NCBI GenBank assembly: GCA_964354545.1
Contig: CAYHAE010000005.1
Span: forward strand, 12,414-76,413
Length of the DNA stretch: 64,000 bases
DNA from: an uncultured Planctomycetia bacterium
Lineage (GTDB): Bacteria > Omnitrophota > Gorgyraeia > 2-01-FULL-45-10 > JAHFGN01
Direction: 5' to 3'
Shown here one piece after another: positions 9,318-18,803 of this stretch (its first letter is position 1; the number at the start of each line of letters is the position of its first letter). A program made the translations under genes and the position numbers. A model generated the notes under the pieces. The model made no database searches. It was not told the origin of the DNA and saw only the letters and a program-made list of their open reading frames with translations.

Positions 9318-10156
9318 GGGAACGTGACGGCGCGATGCTGTTTCGGATCGTGATGATCGCCGCAGAGGCCGGGGACGCTATAGCGGATGTGTACAATTCT
9401 GACTTTACGAGCGAGGAGAAGGCCGACGGATCGCCCATAACGCGTGCGGACAAGAGGGCATCCGAGATCATTTCGTCGGGATTGTCGGCCTGGTGTCCGG
9501 ATGTCCCGGTCCTATCCGAAGAAGGGGCAGATATTCCCTACGCCGTAAGGAAAACGTGGCGCCGTTTCTGGATGGTCGACCCTCTCGACGGGACCAAGGA
9601 GTTCGTGAAGCGCAACGGCCAGTTTACCGTGAACATAGCCCTCATCGACTGCGGAAAGCCCGTCCTCGGCGTTATCTACGCCCCCTCTCTCGATCTCTTC
9701 TACTTTGCGCAGGAAGGCGCAGGCTCATATAGGATGAAGGGACGGAAGGCCCTGGCGGGCTTGAAGAGCGTCGATGACCTGCGGTCGCGTGCGGAGAAGA
9801 TGCCCTTGCCGCGCGCCGACAGGCCTTTCACCGTAGTCGCGAGCCGTTCGCATCTTTCGAAAGAGACGCAGGATTGCATAGATGAGATCCGCCGCACGCA
9901 TGCCGACCTCGCCTTGGTGAACGTGGGGAGTTCGCTCAAATTCTGCATGGTCGCCGAAGGCGTCGCCGAGTTCTATCCGCGTTTCGGCCCTACAATGGAA
10001 TGGGATATCGCGGCGGGGCAGGTCATCGCCCAGGAAGCAGGAGCGACGGTGGCGGGGGGCGATGGCATGCCGTTACGGTACAACAAGGAAGACCTGCATA
10101 ATCCATGGTTCATCGTTAAAGCCGAATATGAGAGGGCGTATGAAGTTAAAAAATAA
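9314..10156 (+). CDS. cysQ: 3'(2'),5'-bisphosphate nucleotidase (PAP phosphatase, inositol monophosphatase family)
   Basis: The IMPase-family metal-binding motif WMVDPLDGTKEFV is present, with SEE upstream. The ATGA overlap with sat and the position beside cysC/sat support a CysQ role. Confidence 0.75.
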   Translation: MRERDGAMLFRIVMIAAEAGDAIADVYNSDFTSEEKADGSPITRADKRASEIISSGLSAWCPDVPVLSEEGADIPYAVRKTWRRFWMVDPLDGTKEFVKRNGQFTVNIALIDCGKPVLGVIYAPSLDLFYFAQEGAGSYRMKGRKALAGLKSVDDLRSRAEKMPLPRADRPFTVVASRSHLSKETQDCIDEIRRTHADLALVNVGSSLKFCMVAEGVAEFYPRFGPTMEWDIAAGQVIAQEAGATVAGGDGMPLRYNKEDLHNPWFIVKAEYERAYEVKK

Positions 10157-11138
10157 GAAGGTTCTCGTGACGGGCGCCTGCGGATTCATAGGGAGTCATC
10201 TCGTTGAGCGCCTGCTCGACGAAGGGTGTGCGGTGCGGGCGTTCGTATTCTATAATTCTTTCAATTCATGGGGTTGGCTTGATACGTTTCCGAAAGATAA
10301 ACTAAAAGAGATCGATGTCTTCCCGGGGGATGTAAGGGATCCCCATGGCGTCGCAGCGGCTGCGCGTGGAGCTGATATCGTCTTCCACCTTGCCGCATTG
10401 ATCGGCATACCATATTCATACCACTCCCCCGATTCCTGTATTGAAACGAATATCAAAGGAACGCTCAATATCCTCACTGCATGCAGGGATCTTGACGTAG
10501 AAAGGGTCGTCATCACTTCGACGTCCGAAGTTTATGGGACCGCTCGGTATACACCGATAGACGAGCGGCACCCTCTGCAGGGGCAATCTCCTTATTCAGC
10601 GACGAAGATAGGAGCCGATGCCATCGCAGAGTCATTCTATCGCAGTTTCGGCATGCCTGTCACGGTCGCACGGCCGTTCAACACATACGGTCCGAGGCAA
10701 TCCGCACGAGCGGTCATACCGACCGTCATTACTCAGCTTCTCTCGGGTGCCTCATCGATAAAACTCGGTTCTCTCCATCCCACGAGAGACTTTGTCTTCG
10801 TGGAAGATACCGTTGAGGGATTTGTGAAGATTGCGAAAGCGGACGCCGCCGTCGGTGAAGTGGTGAACATTGCCTCGCAGTCCGAAATATCGATAGGCGC
10901 GCTGGCGAAAAAGATCATATCAAAATTGAATCCGGACGCTAAAGTGATTGCTGACCCGGGAAGGGTGAGGCCCGAAAAGAGCGAGGTCGAGCGCCTGCTC
11001 GGGAGCAATAAGAAGATACGAAAGATCACAGGTTGGCGGCCCAGATATTCTATTGATGAAGGCCTTGACGAGACGATCGCGTGGTTTAAGGCCAGAGAAA
11101 ATTCAAAGTCATATAAGAGCGATATATACAATGTATAA
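10140..11138 (+). CDS. NAD-dependent sugar nucleotide 4,6-dehydratase/epimerase (SDR family; LegB/PseB-like candidate)
   Basis: The N-terminal Rossmann motif is VLVTGACGFIGSHLVERLL. The catalytic YxxxK is SPYSATKIGAD. The ORF-track start at 10062 was trimmed to the ATG at 10140. Confidence 0.8.
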   Translation: MKLKNKKVLVTGACGFIGSHLVERLLDEGCAVRAFVFYNSFNSWGWLDTFPKDKLKEIDVFPGDVRDPHGVAAAARGADIVFHLAALIGIPYSYHSPDSCIETNIKGTLNILTACRDLDVERVVITSTSEVYGTARYTPIDERHPLQGQSPYSATKIGADAIAESFYRSFGMPVTVARPFNTYGPRQSARAVIPTVITQLLSGASSIKLGSLHPTRDFVFVEDTVEGFVKIAKADAAVGEVVNIASQSEISIGALAKKIISKLNPDAKVIADPGRVRPEKSEVERLLGSNKKIRKITGWRPRYSIDEGLDETIAWFKARENSKSYKSDIYNV

Positions 11139-12237
11139 AGAGATATACCTAGACGCCCCGAGCGTCGGCGACCTGGAAAAACGGTACCTCAATAAGGCGA
11201 TAGACATGGGATACGTCTCGACCATAGGCCCGTTCGTCCGGGAATTTGAAGAGAAGTTTGCCAGATACCTGAACATAAACAGCGCCGTTTCGACGCAGAG
11301 CGGAACGGCGGCGCTCCATATGGCTTTATATGAGCTCGGTATAGGGCCGGGCGACGAAGTTATCGTGCCGGCGCTTACCTTCGTGGCGACGGTCAATCCC
11401 GTCATGTACGTCGGCGCGAAGCCGGTTTTCGCGGATGTCGATCTACGGACCTGGAACATCGCGCCGGAAGAGATAGAGAAGACCTTCACCAAAAGGACCA
11501 GAGCGATAATCCCGGTCCATTTTTACGGTAATCCGTGCGCCATGGATGTGATCAAAAAGATCGCGCGCAGGCACGGCCTCTATGTCATAGAAGACGCCAC
11601 CGAGAGCATCGGGGCGACGTACAAAGGCAGGCTCACAGGCACATTCGGGGATCTCGGGTGTTTCAGCTTTAACGGGAACAAGGTCATCACCGCGGGCGGC
11701 GGAGGCATGGTGGTCGGTAATGACAGGAAAAGGATTTGCCATATAAAATTCCTGGTCAATCAGGCCAGGGTCGAATCGAAGGGGTATTTCCACCCCGAGA
11801 TCGGCTTCAATTACAGGATGACGAACATAGAAGCGGCTCTCGCTCTCGCACAGATGAAACGACTGGAAGCGTTCTTATCGAGAAAGCGCAGGTTCAGGAA
11901 GATATATGAGGACGCGATCCGAGGTCTCGGATCCATCGAATTTCAGGAAGCGTATGAGGGTGGGGCAAGCTCTTTTTGGTTTACGTGCATTACGACCGGT
12001 GCGAAGTCCCATGTCGCCCTCCTTCAGAAGAGAATGAAGGAGAAGGGGATGCCGTCAAGAAGGGTCTTTATGCCCGTGACGGAATTTCCGCCGTACAGGA
12101 TATATAAAGATGATGACTACAAAAATTCGTATCATATTTACGAACACGGCCTCTGCCTGCCGGGTTCTACCCTGAACTCCGACGATGATATATACAGGGT
12201 ATGCGATGTGCTGAGGAAGGCGCTGAAGAAGATATGA
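11131..12237 (+). CDS. DegT/DnrJ/EryC1/StrS-family PLP-dependent sugar aminotransferase
   Basis: The protein has the family architecture (GPFVREFEEKFA...HMALYELGIGPGDEVIVPALTFVATVNPV). The PLP-lysine region is FSFNGNKVITAGGGG. The start was trimmed to the ATG at 11131. Confidence 0.85.
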   Translation: MYKEIYLDAPSVGDLEKRYLNKAIDMGYVSTIGPFVREFEEKFARYLNINSAVSTQSGTAALHMALYELGIGPGDEVIVPALTFVATVNPVMYVGAKPVFADVDLRTWNIAPEEIEKTFTKRTRAIIPVHFYGNPCAMDVIKKIARRHGLYVIEDATESIGATYKGRLTGTFGDLGCFSFNGNKVITAGGGGMVVGNDRKRICHIKFLVNQARVESKGYFHPEIGFNYRMTNIEAALALAQMKRLEAFLSRKRRFRKIYEDAIRGLGSIEFQEAYEGGASSFWFTCITTGAKSHVALLQKRMKEKGMPSRRVFMPVTEFPPYRIYKDDDYKNSYHIYEHGLCLPGSTLNSDDDIYRVCDVLRKALKKI

Positions 12238-12878
12238 AAAAAAAGATTATTCTGGCGGGTGGCGGCGGCCACGCAAAGGTCGTCATAGATGCCATCAATA
12301 AAATGGGAACGTATACGATATGTGGTATCGTCGATATCCGTATGAAAAAAGGGGAACGCGTTTCGGGTGTTCCGGTGGTTGGGGATGACGATGCCTTCAA
12401 GACAATTTTTAAAAAGAAGGTACGTCACGCCTTTATTGGTATCGGCTCGATCGGTAATTGCGACGCGAGGAAGAAGGTATACGGTAATTTGAGGAGTATA
12501 GGTTTTCAGTTGCCCATCATTGCCCATCCGAGCGCGGTGGTCGCTCATGATGTCGAGATAGGTGAAGGGACGTTCATCGCCGCGGGCGCAGTGATAAACC
12601 CGGGCGCAAAAATAGGAAAGAATGCGATAATCAATACCTCGGCATCGATAGATCACGACTGCGTGATCGGGAACTTCGTCCATGTGGCCCCGGGCGCGGT
12701 ATTGAGCGGGGGTGTCACGGTCGGTGATGAAACTCATATCGGAACCGGTGCGAGCGTGATCCAGGGGACCAGCATAGGGAAAAAGTGTTTTATCTCAGCC
12801 GGCATGACCGTATGCGAAGATATGTCGGACGGCGCCAAGCTGTCTCGTCGTTTTAGGCAACCAGATGACAAAGAATAA
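12234..12878 (+). CDS. NeuD/PglD-family sugar N-acetyltransferase (left-handed beta-helix)
   Basis: The N-terminal Rossmann-like segment MKKKIILAGGGGHAKVVID precedes hexapeptide repeats (IGKNAIINTSASIDHDCVIGNFVHVAPGAVLSGGVTVGD). There is an ATGA overlap with the upstream gene. Confidence 0.75.
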   Translation: MKKKIILAGGGGHAKVVIDAINKMGTYTICGIVDIRMKKGERVSGVPVVGDDDAFKTIFKKKVRHAFIGIGSIGNCDARKKVYGNLRSIGFQLPIIAHPSAVVAHDVEIGEGTFIAAGAVINPGAKIGKNAIINTSASIDHDCVIGNFVHVAPGAVLSGGVTVGDETHIGTGASVIQGTSIGKKCFISAGMTVCEDMSDGAKLSRRFRQPDDKE

Positions 12879-13887
12879 AAGAATATTTATCATAGCCGAG
12901 GCGGGTGTCAACCACAACGGAAGCGTCGGCGTCGCCAAAAAGATGATCGATGTCGCGGCGAAGGCAGGGGCCGACGCGGTGAAATTCCAGGCCTTTAAGG
13001 CGGAGAAGCTCGTGACGAGGGCAGCGCCGAAAGCGCGATATCAGATAGAGAATACGGGCAAGGGCGAGTCGCAGCTTGAGATGCTGAAGCGGCTTGAGCT
13101 GTCTGAGGCAGATCACAGAGAGTTGATGCGGCATTGCAGGAAGCGCGGCATCGCCTTCATGTCGACGCCGTTCGATGCGGAGAGCGTCGACTTCCTGGAC
13201 TCACTCGGCATGGGCATCTTCAAGATACCGTCCGGCGAGCTCACCAATAAAGGCCTCGTCGAGCGTGTCGCCTCAAAACGCACACCGATCATCCTCTCTA
13301 CGGGGATGTCGTACCTCGATGAGGTGGCGAAGGCGATCGACTGGATCTACGGGGTATGGGGCAGGGCGCGTACGAGGATCGGGCTTACGCTCCTCCACTG
13401 CGTTGCGAACTACCCCGCGCGCATAGAGGACACGAACTTGAAGGCAATGGCGACGCTCAAAGCCGCGTTCGGCCTTCCCGCGGGGCTCTCTGACCACACG
13501 GTGGGGATAGAGATACCGATCGCCGCAGCAGCGCTGGGGGCGACAGTGATCGAGAAACACTTCACGCTCGACAGGGCCATGGAAGGCCCGGACCATAAGG
13601 CCTCGCTCGAACCGCATGAGCTAACGGCGATGGTCCGAGCGGTCAGGAACATAGAAGCCGCCCTCGGGTCCGGGGTCAAGCGGCCATCGGCCTCCGAGCG
13701 CAAGAACATATGTGCGGTACGGAAGAGTATCGTCGCGGCGATGGCGATCAGGAGGGGACAGCGTTTCTCCGAAAGGAACATTACGACAAAGAGGCCGGGG
13801 AATGGCCTGAGCCCGATGCGATGGGATTCGGTCATCGGAGAGACGGCGAGGCGGGACTTTGCGAAGGATGAATTGATCGAGATATGA
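12865..13887 (+). CDS. neuB: NeuB-family nonulosonic acid synthase (N-acetylneuraminate/legionaminate/pseudaminate synthase-like)
   Basis: The NeuB TIM-barrel signature is IFIIAEAGVNHNGSVGVAKKMIDVAAKAGADAVKFQ. A C-terminal SAF/antifreeze-like domain is present. Sugar substrate specificity cannot be read from sequence. Confidence 0.9.
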   Translation: MTKNKRIFIIAEAGVNHNGSVGVAKKMIDVAAKAGADAVKFQAFKAEKLVTRAAPKARYQIENTGKGESQLEMLKRLELSEADHRELMRHCRKRGIAFMSTPFDAESVDFLDSLGMGIFKIPSGELTNKGLVERVASKRTPIILSTGMSYLDEVAKAIDWIYGVWGRARTRIGLTLLHCVANYPARIEDTNLKAMATLKAAFGLPAGLSDHTVGIEIPIAAAALGATVIEKHFTLDRAMEGPDHKASLEPHELTAMVRAVRNIEAALGSGVKRPSASERKNICAVRKSIVAAMAIRRGQRFSERNITTKRPGNGLSPMRWDSVIGETARRDFAKDELIEI

Positions 13888-15053
13888 AGAGAAAGATATG
13901 CGTCGTGACAGGCACGCGGGCCGAGTACGGGCTCCTCTACTGGATAATCAAGAGCATTCATGAGGACCCGAAGCTCGAACTGCAACTGGTCGTTACGGGA
14001 ATGCATCTCGTGCCCGAATTCGGTCTGACGGTCAGGGAGATCGAACGGGACGGTTTCCCGATCGCAGAACGCCTTGACCTTAGGCTCGTATCGGATACGC
14101 CTGCGGGGATCGCGACGTCGATGGGCGTCGGCGTGATGGGGTTCGCCAGAGCGTACAATCGCGTGAAGCCGGATATCCTGCTCGTGCTGGGGGATAGGTT
14201 CGAGATCCTGTCCGCCGCCGCAGCCGCCATACCGTTCAGGTTGCCGATCGCGCACATTCACGGCGGAGAAACGAGCGAAGGGGTAATTGACGAGGCGATC
14301 AGGCACGCGATTACTAAAATGAGCCACATCCATTTCACTTCTACCGAACTGTACAGGAAGCGGGTTGTGCAGATGGGCGAGGCGCCCGAGCGTGTTTTCT
14401 GCGTAGGCGCGCCCGGTCTTGATAATATTCATAAGTGCAGGATCCTGAGCAGAAAGAGATTATTTGAGGTGTTACATATTCCTCGATACACACGGATCGG
14501 CATCGCTACGTACCATCCGGTTACCCTTGATAGGAATAGTGCCGGGAGACATATTGGTATCGTGTTGGAGGCGATCAAGAGCACCTCGGGCCTATATTGG
14601 ATATTTTCCCTGCCGAACGCCGATACCGATAGAAAAGTTATCGCAGAAAAAATCAAAGATTTTTTTGCGCGATATCCGCAAAAAGGCAAGGTGGTCGCTT
14701 CGCTCGGACGAATTGCTTACCCGTCTATGCTGAGATATGCCGAGGTAATGATCGGCAATTCCTCTAGCGGCTTGATCGAGGCCCCGTCCTTCGGTCTTCC
14801 TGTCGTAAATATAGGAGATAGGCAAGCAGGCCGTCTACGCGCCGAAAACGTTATCGATGTCTCATCTTACAGTAGAGACCTGATCGCGCGTGCGTTACGA
14901 AAAGCGCTTTCCGGGAGATTCCGAAGTTCGTTACATGGAATGAAAAATCCATACGAAGGAAAGGATACGGATACGAGCAAAAGGATCGTCCACGTGTTGA
15001 AGACGATCCGCCTGGGGGAATCGTTAATCAAGAAAAGATTTTACGATCTTTAG
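13884..15053 (+). CDS. neuC: UDP-N-acetylglucosamine 2-epimerase, hydrolysing type (NeuC/LegG family)
   Basis: The N-terminus KICVVTGTRAEYGLLYWIIK and the motifs HIHGGETSEGVIDEAIRHAITKMSHIHF are typical of hydrolysing 2-epimerases. Confidence 0.85.
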   Translation: MKRKICVVTGTRAEYGLLYWIIKSIHEDPKLELQLVVTGMHLVPEFGLTVREIERDGFPIAERLDLRLVSDTPAGIATSMGVGVMGFARAYNRVKPDILLVLGDRFEILSAAAAAIPFRLPIAHIHGGETSEGVIDEAIRHAITKMSHIHFTSTELYRKRVVQMGEAPERVFCVGAPGLDNIHKCRILSRKRLFEVLHIPRYTRIGIATYHPVTLDRNSAGRHIGIVLEAIKSTSGLYWIFSLPNADTDRKVIAEKIKDFFARYPQKGKVVASLGRIAYPSMLRYAEVMIGNSSSGLIEAPSFGLPVVNIGDRQAGRLRAENVIDVSSYSRDLIARALRKALSGRFRSSLHGMKNPYEGKDTDTSKRIVHVLKTIRLGESLIKKRFYDL

Positions 15054-15060
15054 GCACAAT

Positions 15061-15150
15061 CGCTGTCTATAGGACAGAACAGCGTTTCGATAAAATCAGG
15101 CTCTTTTTCAAAGACGAAAACGAGCAGCTGCTTTTTCAAAGGCGAAAAAG
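15061..15150. promoter_or_regulatory. Intergenic hairpin plus duplicated internally palindromic motif TTTTTCAAAGRCGAAAA
   Basis: A hairpin CGCTGTC-TATAG-GACAG..ACAGCG lies at 15061-15084, right after the neuC stop. Two copies of CTTTTTCAAAG(A/G)CGAAAA lie at 15103-15120 and 15131-15150. This is the 200-bp gap before the amidotransferase gene. Confidence 0.3.
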
Positions 15151-15251
15151 CTGATCAATTCAAGGAAGAAGATCGTTGCCGGCAGCACGCTTCGACAGGA
15201 GAGGAAGATCTCGAATGACACGCAGGTGTACATCAACAAAGGAAGGCTAAG

Positions 15252-16388
15252 ATGAGATACTGCAAGAAATGTGTAATGCCCGATACACGGCCCGGCATCA
15301 AATTTGATGAGCAAGGGGTGTGTTATCCGTGTCGCGTAGCGGAACAAAAGAAGAAGGTCGATTGGGATAAGCGTTTTCACGAACTGGAAAAACTATGTGA
15401 TAAATACCGAGGGAAGAAAGGCGACTATTATGATTGCATAGTTACCGTGAGCGGCGGAAAGGATAGCCATTTCCAGGTACATGTGATGAAGGAGCTTATG
15501 AAAATGAACCCGCTCCTCATCAATGTTTCTAATTTCAGCTGGACCGACACGGGTCGCCATAATTTCAACAACTTAAGCGACGTATTTGGGTGCGACATAA
15601 TCTCGGTCAACCTGAACAGAAAGCTTGCAAGGAAGCTTCTGTGGAAGGCCCTCGTAAAGTTAGGATCTCCGACATGGTACTGGGACAAAGCAGTGTATGC
15701 CTTTCCGCTGAGGATGGGGATCGATCTCAAAATCCCGCTCATCGTCTACGGCGAGAATGTCTCATACGAGTACGGCGGTTACCAGATCGAAGAGACTTAC
15801 AGCGCGAAGGACCAGATACATAATGATGTGGTAAAGAAAGTCGACTGGGACTTCTGGCTCGATGAGGACATAACGATGAAGGGCCTCAATGCCGCGGTCT
15901 ATCCGGAAGCAGAAGAGATCGAGAGGGCAGGCCTCGATCCGATGTATCTGGGTTACTTTATGTCATGGGACGGCTACAAGAACATGCAGCTCGCCAAGAA
16001 ATACGGGTTCAAGTCCCTCAACGATACCGGTGAGTGGGATAGAGAAGGATATGTAGAGGACTATGACCAGATAGACTCGATGGGCTACCTTGTCCACCCA
16101 TGGCTGAAATATCCAAAATATGGCCATGCGCGCGCTACAGACGTTGCATGTTATTGGATCAGGACAGGCCGGCTTACGAGGGAAGAGGGTATCAGGCTCG
16201 TTAAAGCGCACGACCATAAGCTTGACAAAAAGGCACTGAAAGACTTCCTGGAGTTCGTTGGCCACAGCGAAAAAGAATTCTGGAAGGTCGTGGATAAGTG
16301 GTATAACAGGGATCTCTTTGAAAAGGTCGATGGTCAGTGGAAGCTGAAAGACCCTATCTATAAGGATCTCGAACAGATATGCGCGTAG
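15252..16388 (+). CDS. N-acetyl sugar amidotransferase (PtmG/WbpG/PseA-like; PP-loop ATPase with N-terminal zinc ribbon)
   Basis: A CxxC...CxxC zinc ribbon (CKKCVMPDTRPGIKFDEQGVCYPC) is present. The PP-loop is TVSGGKDS. The gene is adjacent to nonulosonic acid genes, as in acetamidino-sugar pathways. Confidence 0.8.
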   Translation: MRYCKKCVMPDTRPGIKFDEQGVCYPCRVAEQKKKVDWDKRFHELEKLCDKYRGKKGDYYDCIVTVSGGKDSHFQVHVMKELMKMNPLLINVSNFSWTDTGRHNFNNLSDVFGCDIISVNLNRKLARKLLWKALVKLGSPTWYWDKAVYAFPLRMGIDLKIPLIVYGENVSYEYGGYQIEETYSAKDQIHNDVVKKVDWDFWLDEDITMKGLNAAVYPEAEEIERAGLDPMYLGYFMSWDGYKNMQLAKKYGFKSLNDTGEWDREGYVEDYDQIDSMGYLVHPWLKYPKYGHARATDVACYWIRTGRLTREEGIRLVKAHDHKLDKKALKDFLEFVGHSEKEFWKVVDKWYNRDLFEKVDGQWKLKDPIYKDLEQICA

Positions 16389-16479
16389 AAGTTGTGTATC
16401 GCGGCAGTGCGCGGAGCCGCCAGGACCCGAGAACGAGTATGGTTTCGTATGTGTACTTTTCAGTTCCGGGCGACCCTGA

Positions 16480-17550
16480 ATGGAAAAGATGAAAAAATAT
16501 AGAGTCGGGATCATCGGATGCGGCAGGATGGGCTGGCTATTCAACGAAGATAATCTAGCCGCGCAGCCTATAAGTCATATAGCCGCGTACATGGCCAATG
16601 AGCGATTCGAGGTCGTATCGGTCTGCGATATCGATAGCGCGCGGCTGCGCAGGGTATCGATGAAATACGCCATAAGAAGGGCCTACGCCGATTATACGGA
16701 GATGCTCGCGCGCGAATCGCTTGATATCGTGAGCATTTGTACGCCCACGGCGACCCATTCAACGATCTGTGCGGATGCCGCACGCTCCGGGCTGCGGCTG
16801 ATATTCTGTGAAAAACCGATATCCTCCTCGTTAGAAGAAGCGGATAAGATGATCTCCGTGTGCAAAAGAAATAATGTGCGGCTTGTTATCAACCACACGA
16901 GAAGATGGGATACGAGTTTTTGCGCGGCCAAGAAGCTTCTTGAAAAGGGTGTGATCGGAGCGCCGTCTTTTGCCGCTTCATTTTCACAAGTGGGCCTGCT
17001 TAACGGGGGCACGCATCTTTTCGACTTGCTGAGGAGTTACTTCGGCGATGTCGAGTCGGTTTCCGGCACGATAATCCCTGACGAAAGCACCGATCCGGGC
17101 GGCAGGGGACTTCTTGATTTTGCAGAAGGCCCCGCCTGCTTTGTAGATGCATGTTGGCGCGAGTATGTACTTTTCGGAGTTGATATCTATGGCGACAAGG
17201 GGGTTATACGGGTGGGAGGTCGCGTGAGAAGCCGTGATGTGGTCGGATTGTTTATAGGTAAAAAGAGTAAAAACGAAAGCGGTATAAAAGAATTGGAAGC
17301 AGTGAGCTGTAAAATGCCAAAATGGAAAACGCCGATCCTGTGCGCCGTCGACAATATAGCGGGTAGCCTGCGCCGCAATGAAAAGATCGCGTGTACCGGC
17401 GAGGACGGCAGGGCTGCGCTGGAGATTGCGATGGCTTTTCATGAGTCCTCGCGGCGCAATGGGATCAAAGTTGCGCTACCGTTGAAGCGCAAAAACGTGA
17501 GTATTATACCACGCTACACTTCTTTTACTAGGGATGGCATGCTGAAATGA
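16480..17550 (+). CDS. Gfo/Idh/MocA-family NAD(P)-dependent oxidoreductase
   Basis: The Rossmann motif is YRVGIIGCGRMG. The family motif CEKPISSSLEEADKMISVCKRNNVRLVINHTRRW is present. The likely start is the ATG at 16480 or 16489. Confidence 0.75.
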   Translation: MEKMKKYRVGIIGCGRMGWLFNEDNLAAQPISHIAAYMANERFEVVSVCDIDSARLRRVSMKYAIRRAYADYTEMLARESLDIVSICTPTATHSTICADAARSGLRLIFCEKPISSSLEEADKMISVCKRNNVRLVINHTRRWDTSFCAAKKLLEKGVIGAPSFAASFSQVGLLNGGTHLFDLLRSYFGDVESVSGTIIPDESTDPGGRGLLDFAEGPACFVDACWREYVLFGVDIYGDKGVIRVGGRVRSRDVVGLFIGKKSKNESGIKELEAVSCKMPKWKTPILCAVDNIAGSLRRNEKIACTGEDGRAALEIAMAFHESSRRNGIKVALPLKRKNVSIIPRYTSFTRDGMLK

Positions 17551-18803
17551 GAGAAAAGCTCTTCATTCATGGCGGGCGGAAGGTCCGGTACGAAAATTTC
17601 GATTACCGTGCTCCGATCGGACAGGCCGAGATAAGTTCGGTTACAAGGCTCCTGAGGAAGAAAACGCTTTCGGGATTTTACAAGGATTTCTTAGGCGGTG
17701 AAAATGTGCAGAAGTTCGAGAGTCTTTTTGCAGAATATATCGGAGTAAAAAACGCGATCGCGGTCAATTCGGGGACCTCGGCGCTTCACGTTGCCCTTGC
17801 CGCGGCAGGAGTGGGCCCGGGCGACGAAGTAATAGTGCCGCCGTTTACATTTACTGCGACGGCGTCAGCTGTCTTGATGAATAACGCGATCCCTATTTTT
17901 GTCGACATCGATCCCGATACGTGGTGTATCGATCCCCGCAAGATTAAGCGTGCGCTCAGTAAGAGGACAAAGGCGATAATCCCCGTGCATATCTACGGGA
18001 AGGTCGCCGGGATCGAGGCGATAAAAAGTATCATTGCGGGGCGAGAGATCTCAGTAATAGAAGATGCATGTCAGGCGCCCGGGTGTACTTACCGCGGAAA
18101 GAAGGTCGGATCCATAGGTGACGTCGGGTGCTTCAGTTTTGTTGAAACAAAGAATATGGTGATCGGTGAAGGCGGAATGATCACCACCGATAATGATGAG
18201 ATCGCCTGCAGGTGCCGGCTGATCAGAAACCACGGCGAGGTTTGGACGAAGGACGCGCCGAGAGAATACCTCGCAAATATCCTGGGGTATAACTTCAGGA
18301 TGACTGAGATCGAGGCCGTGATCGGGATCGCGCAGTTGAAGAAACTCGATCGTTTGAATTCCATACGTAAAAGAAACGCCTCTTACCTCGAGGAGGGATT
18401 GAGCGCGTTCGAGGGGATCAGCGCCATGCATTTCGGGAAGAATGAGATCTGTCACCTGTTCCCGCTTTTGTACGACGAGGGGGCGGTCGGCATTTCGAAA
18501 GAAAGATTCATGGAGGTTATGCGGCTTGAGGGAGTTCCTCTTTCGGCAGGCTATCCGCACCCGCTGTACAAAAATCCGATATTTCAAGAGAAGATCGCAT
18601 ACGGTAAGCAAGGCTGCCCCTATACGTGCCATTTTTATGATACTGCTATTGATTATAAAAGAGTAAGGTGCGATGTCGCTGAGGAGGTGTGCCGAAAGCT
18701 CATATGTATAAGGCAGATCCATTATCCATACAGCGTGAAGGATATGGCCGATATCGTGGCGGGGTTCAAAAAAGTGTTCCATAATAGGGGGATGTTCCAA
18801 TGA
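17547..18803 (+). CDS. DegT/DnrJ/EryC1/StrS-family PLP-dependent sugar aminotransferase (second copy)
   Basis: The family signature NSGTSALHVALAAAGVGPGDEVIVPPFTFTATASAV is present. The lysine region is FSFVETKNMVIGEGG. There is an ATGA overlap with the upstream gene. Confidence 0.85.
   Translation: MREKLFIHGGRKVRYENFDYRAPIGQAEISSVTRLLRKKTLSGFYKDFLGGENVQKFESLFAEYIGVKNAIAVNSGTSALHVALAAAGVGPGDEVIVPPFTFTATASAVLMNNAIPIFVDIDPDTWCIDPRKIKRALSKRTKAIIPVHIYGKVAGIEAIKSIIAGREISVIEDACQAPGCTYRGKKVGSIGDVGCFSFVETKNMVIGEGGMITTDNDEIACRCRLIRNHGEVWTKDAPREYLANILGYNFRMTEIEAVIGIAQLKKLDRLNSIRKRNASYLEEGLSAFEGISAMHFGKNEICHLFPLLYDEGAVGISKERFMEVMRLEGVPLSAGYPHPLYKNPIFQEKIAYGKQGCPYTCHFYDTAIDYKRVRCDVAEEVCRKLICIRQIHYPYSVKDMADIVAGFKKVFHNRGMFQ

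Noticed and set aside
13410-14432. 340-aa minus-strand ORF spanning the neuB/neuC junction
   Set aside because: It is antisense to two strongly supported genes (NeuB and NeuC signatures). A real gene there would disrupt the ATGA-coupled pair.
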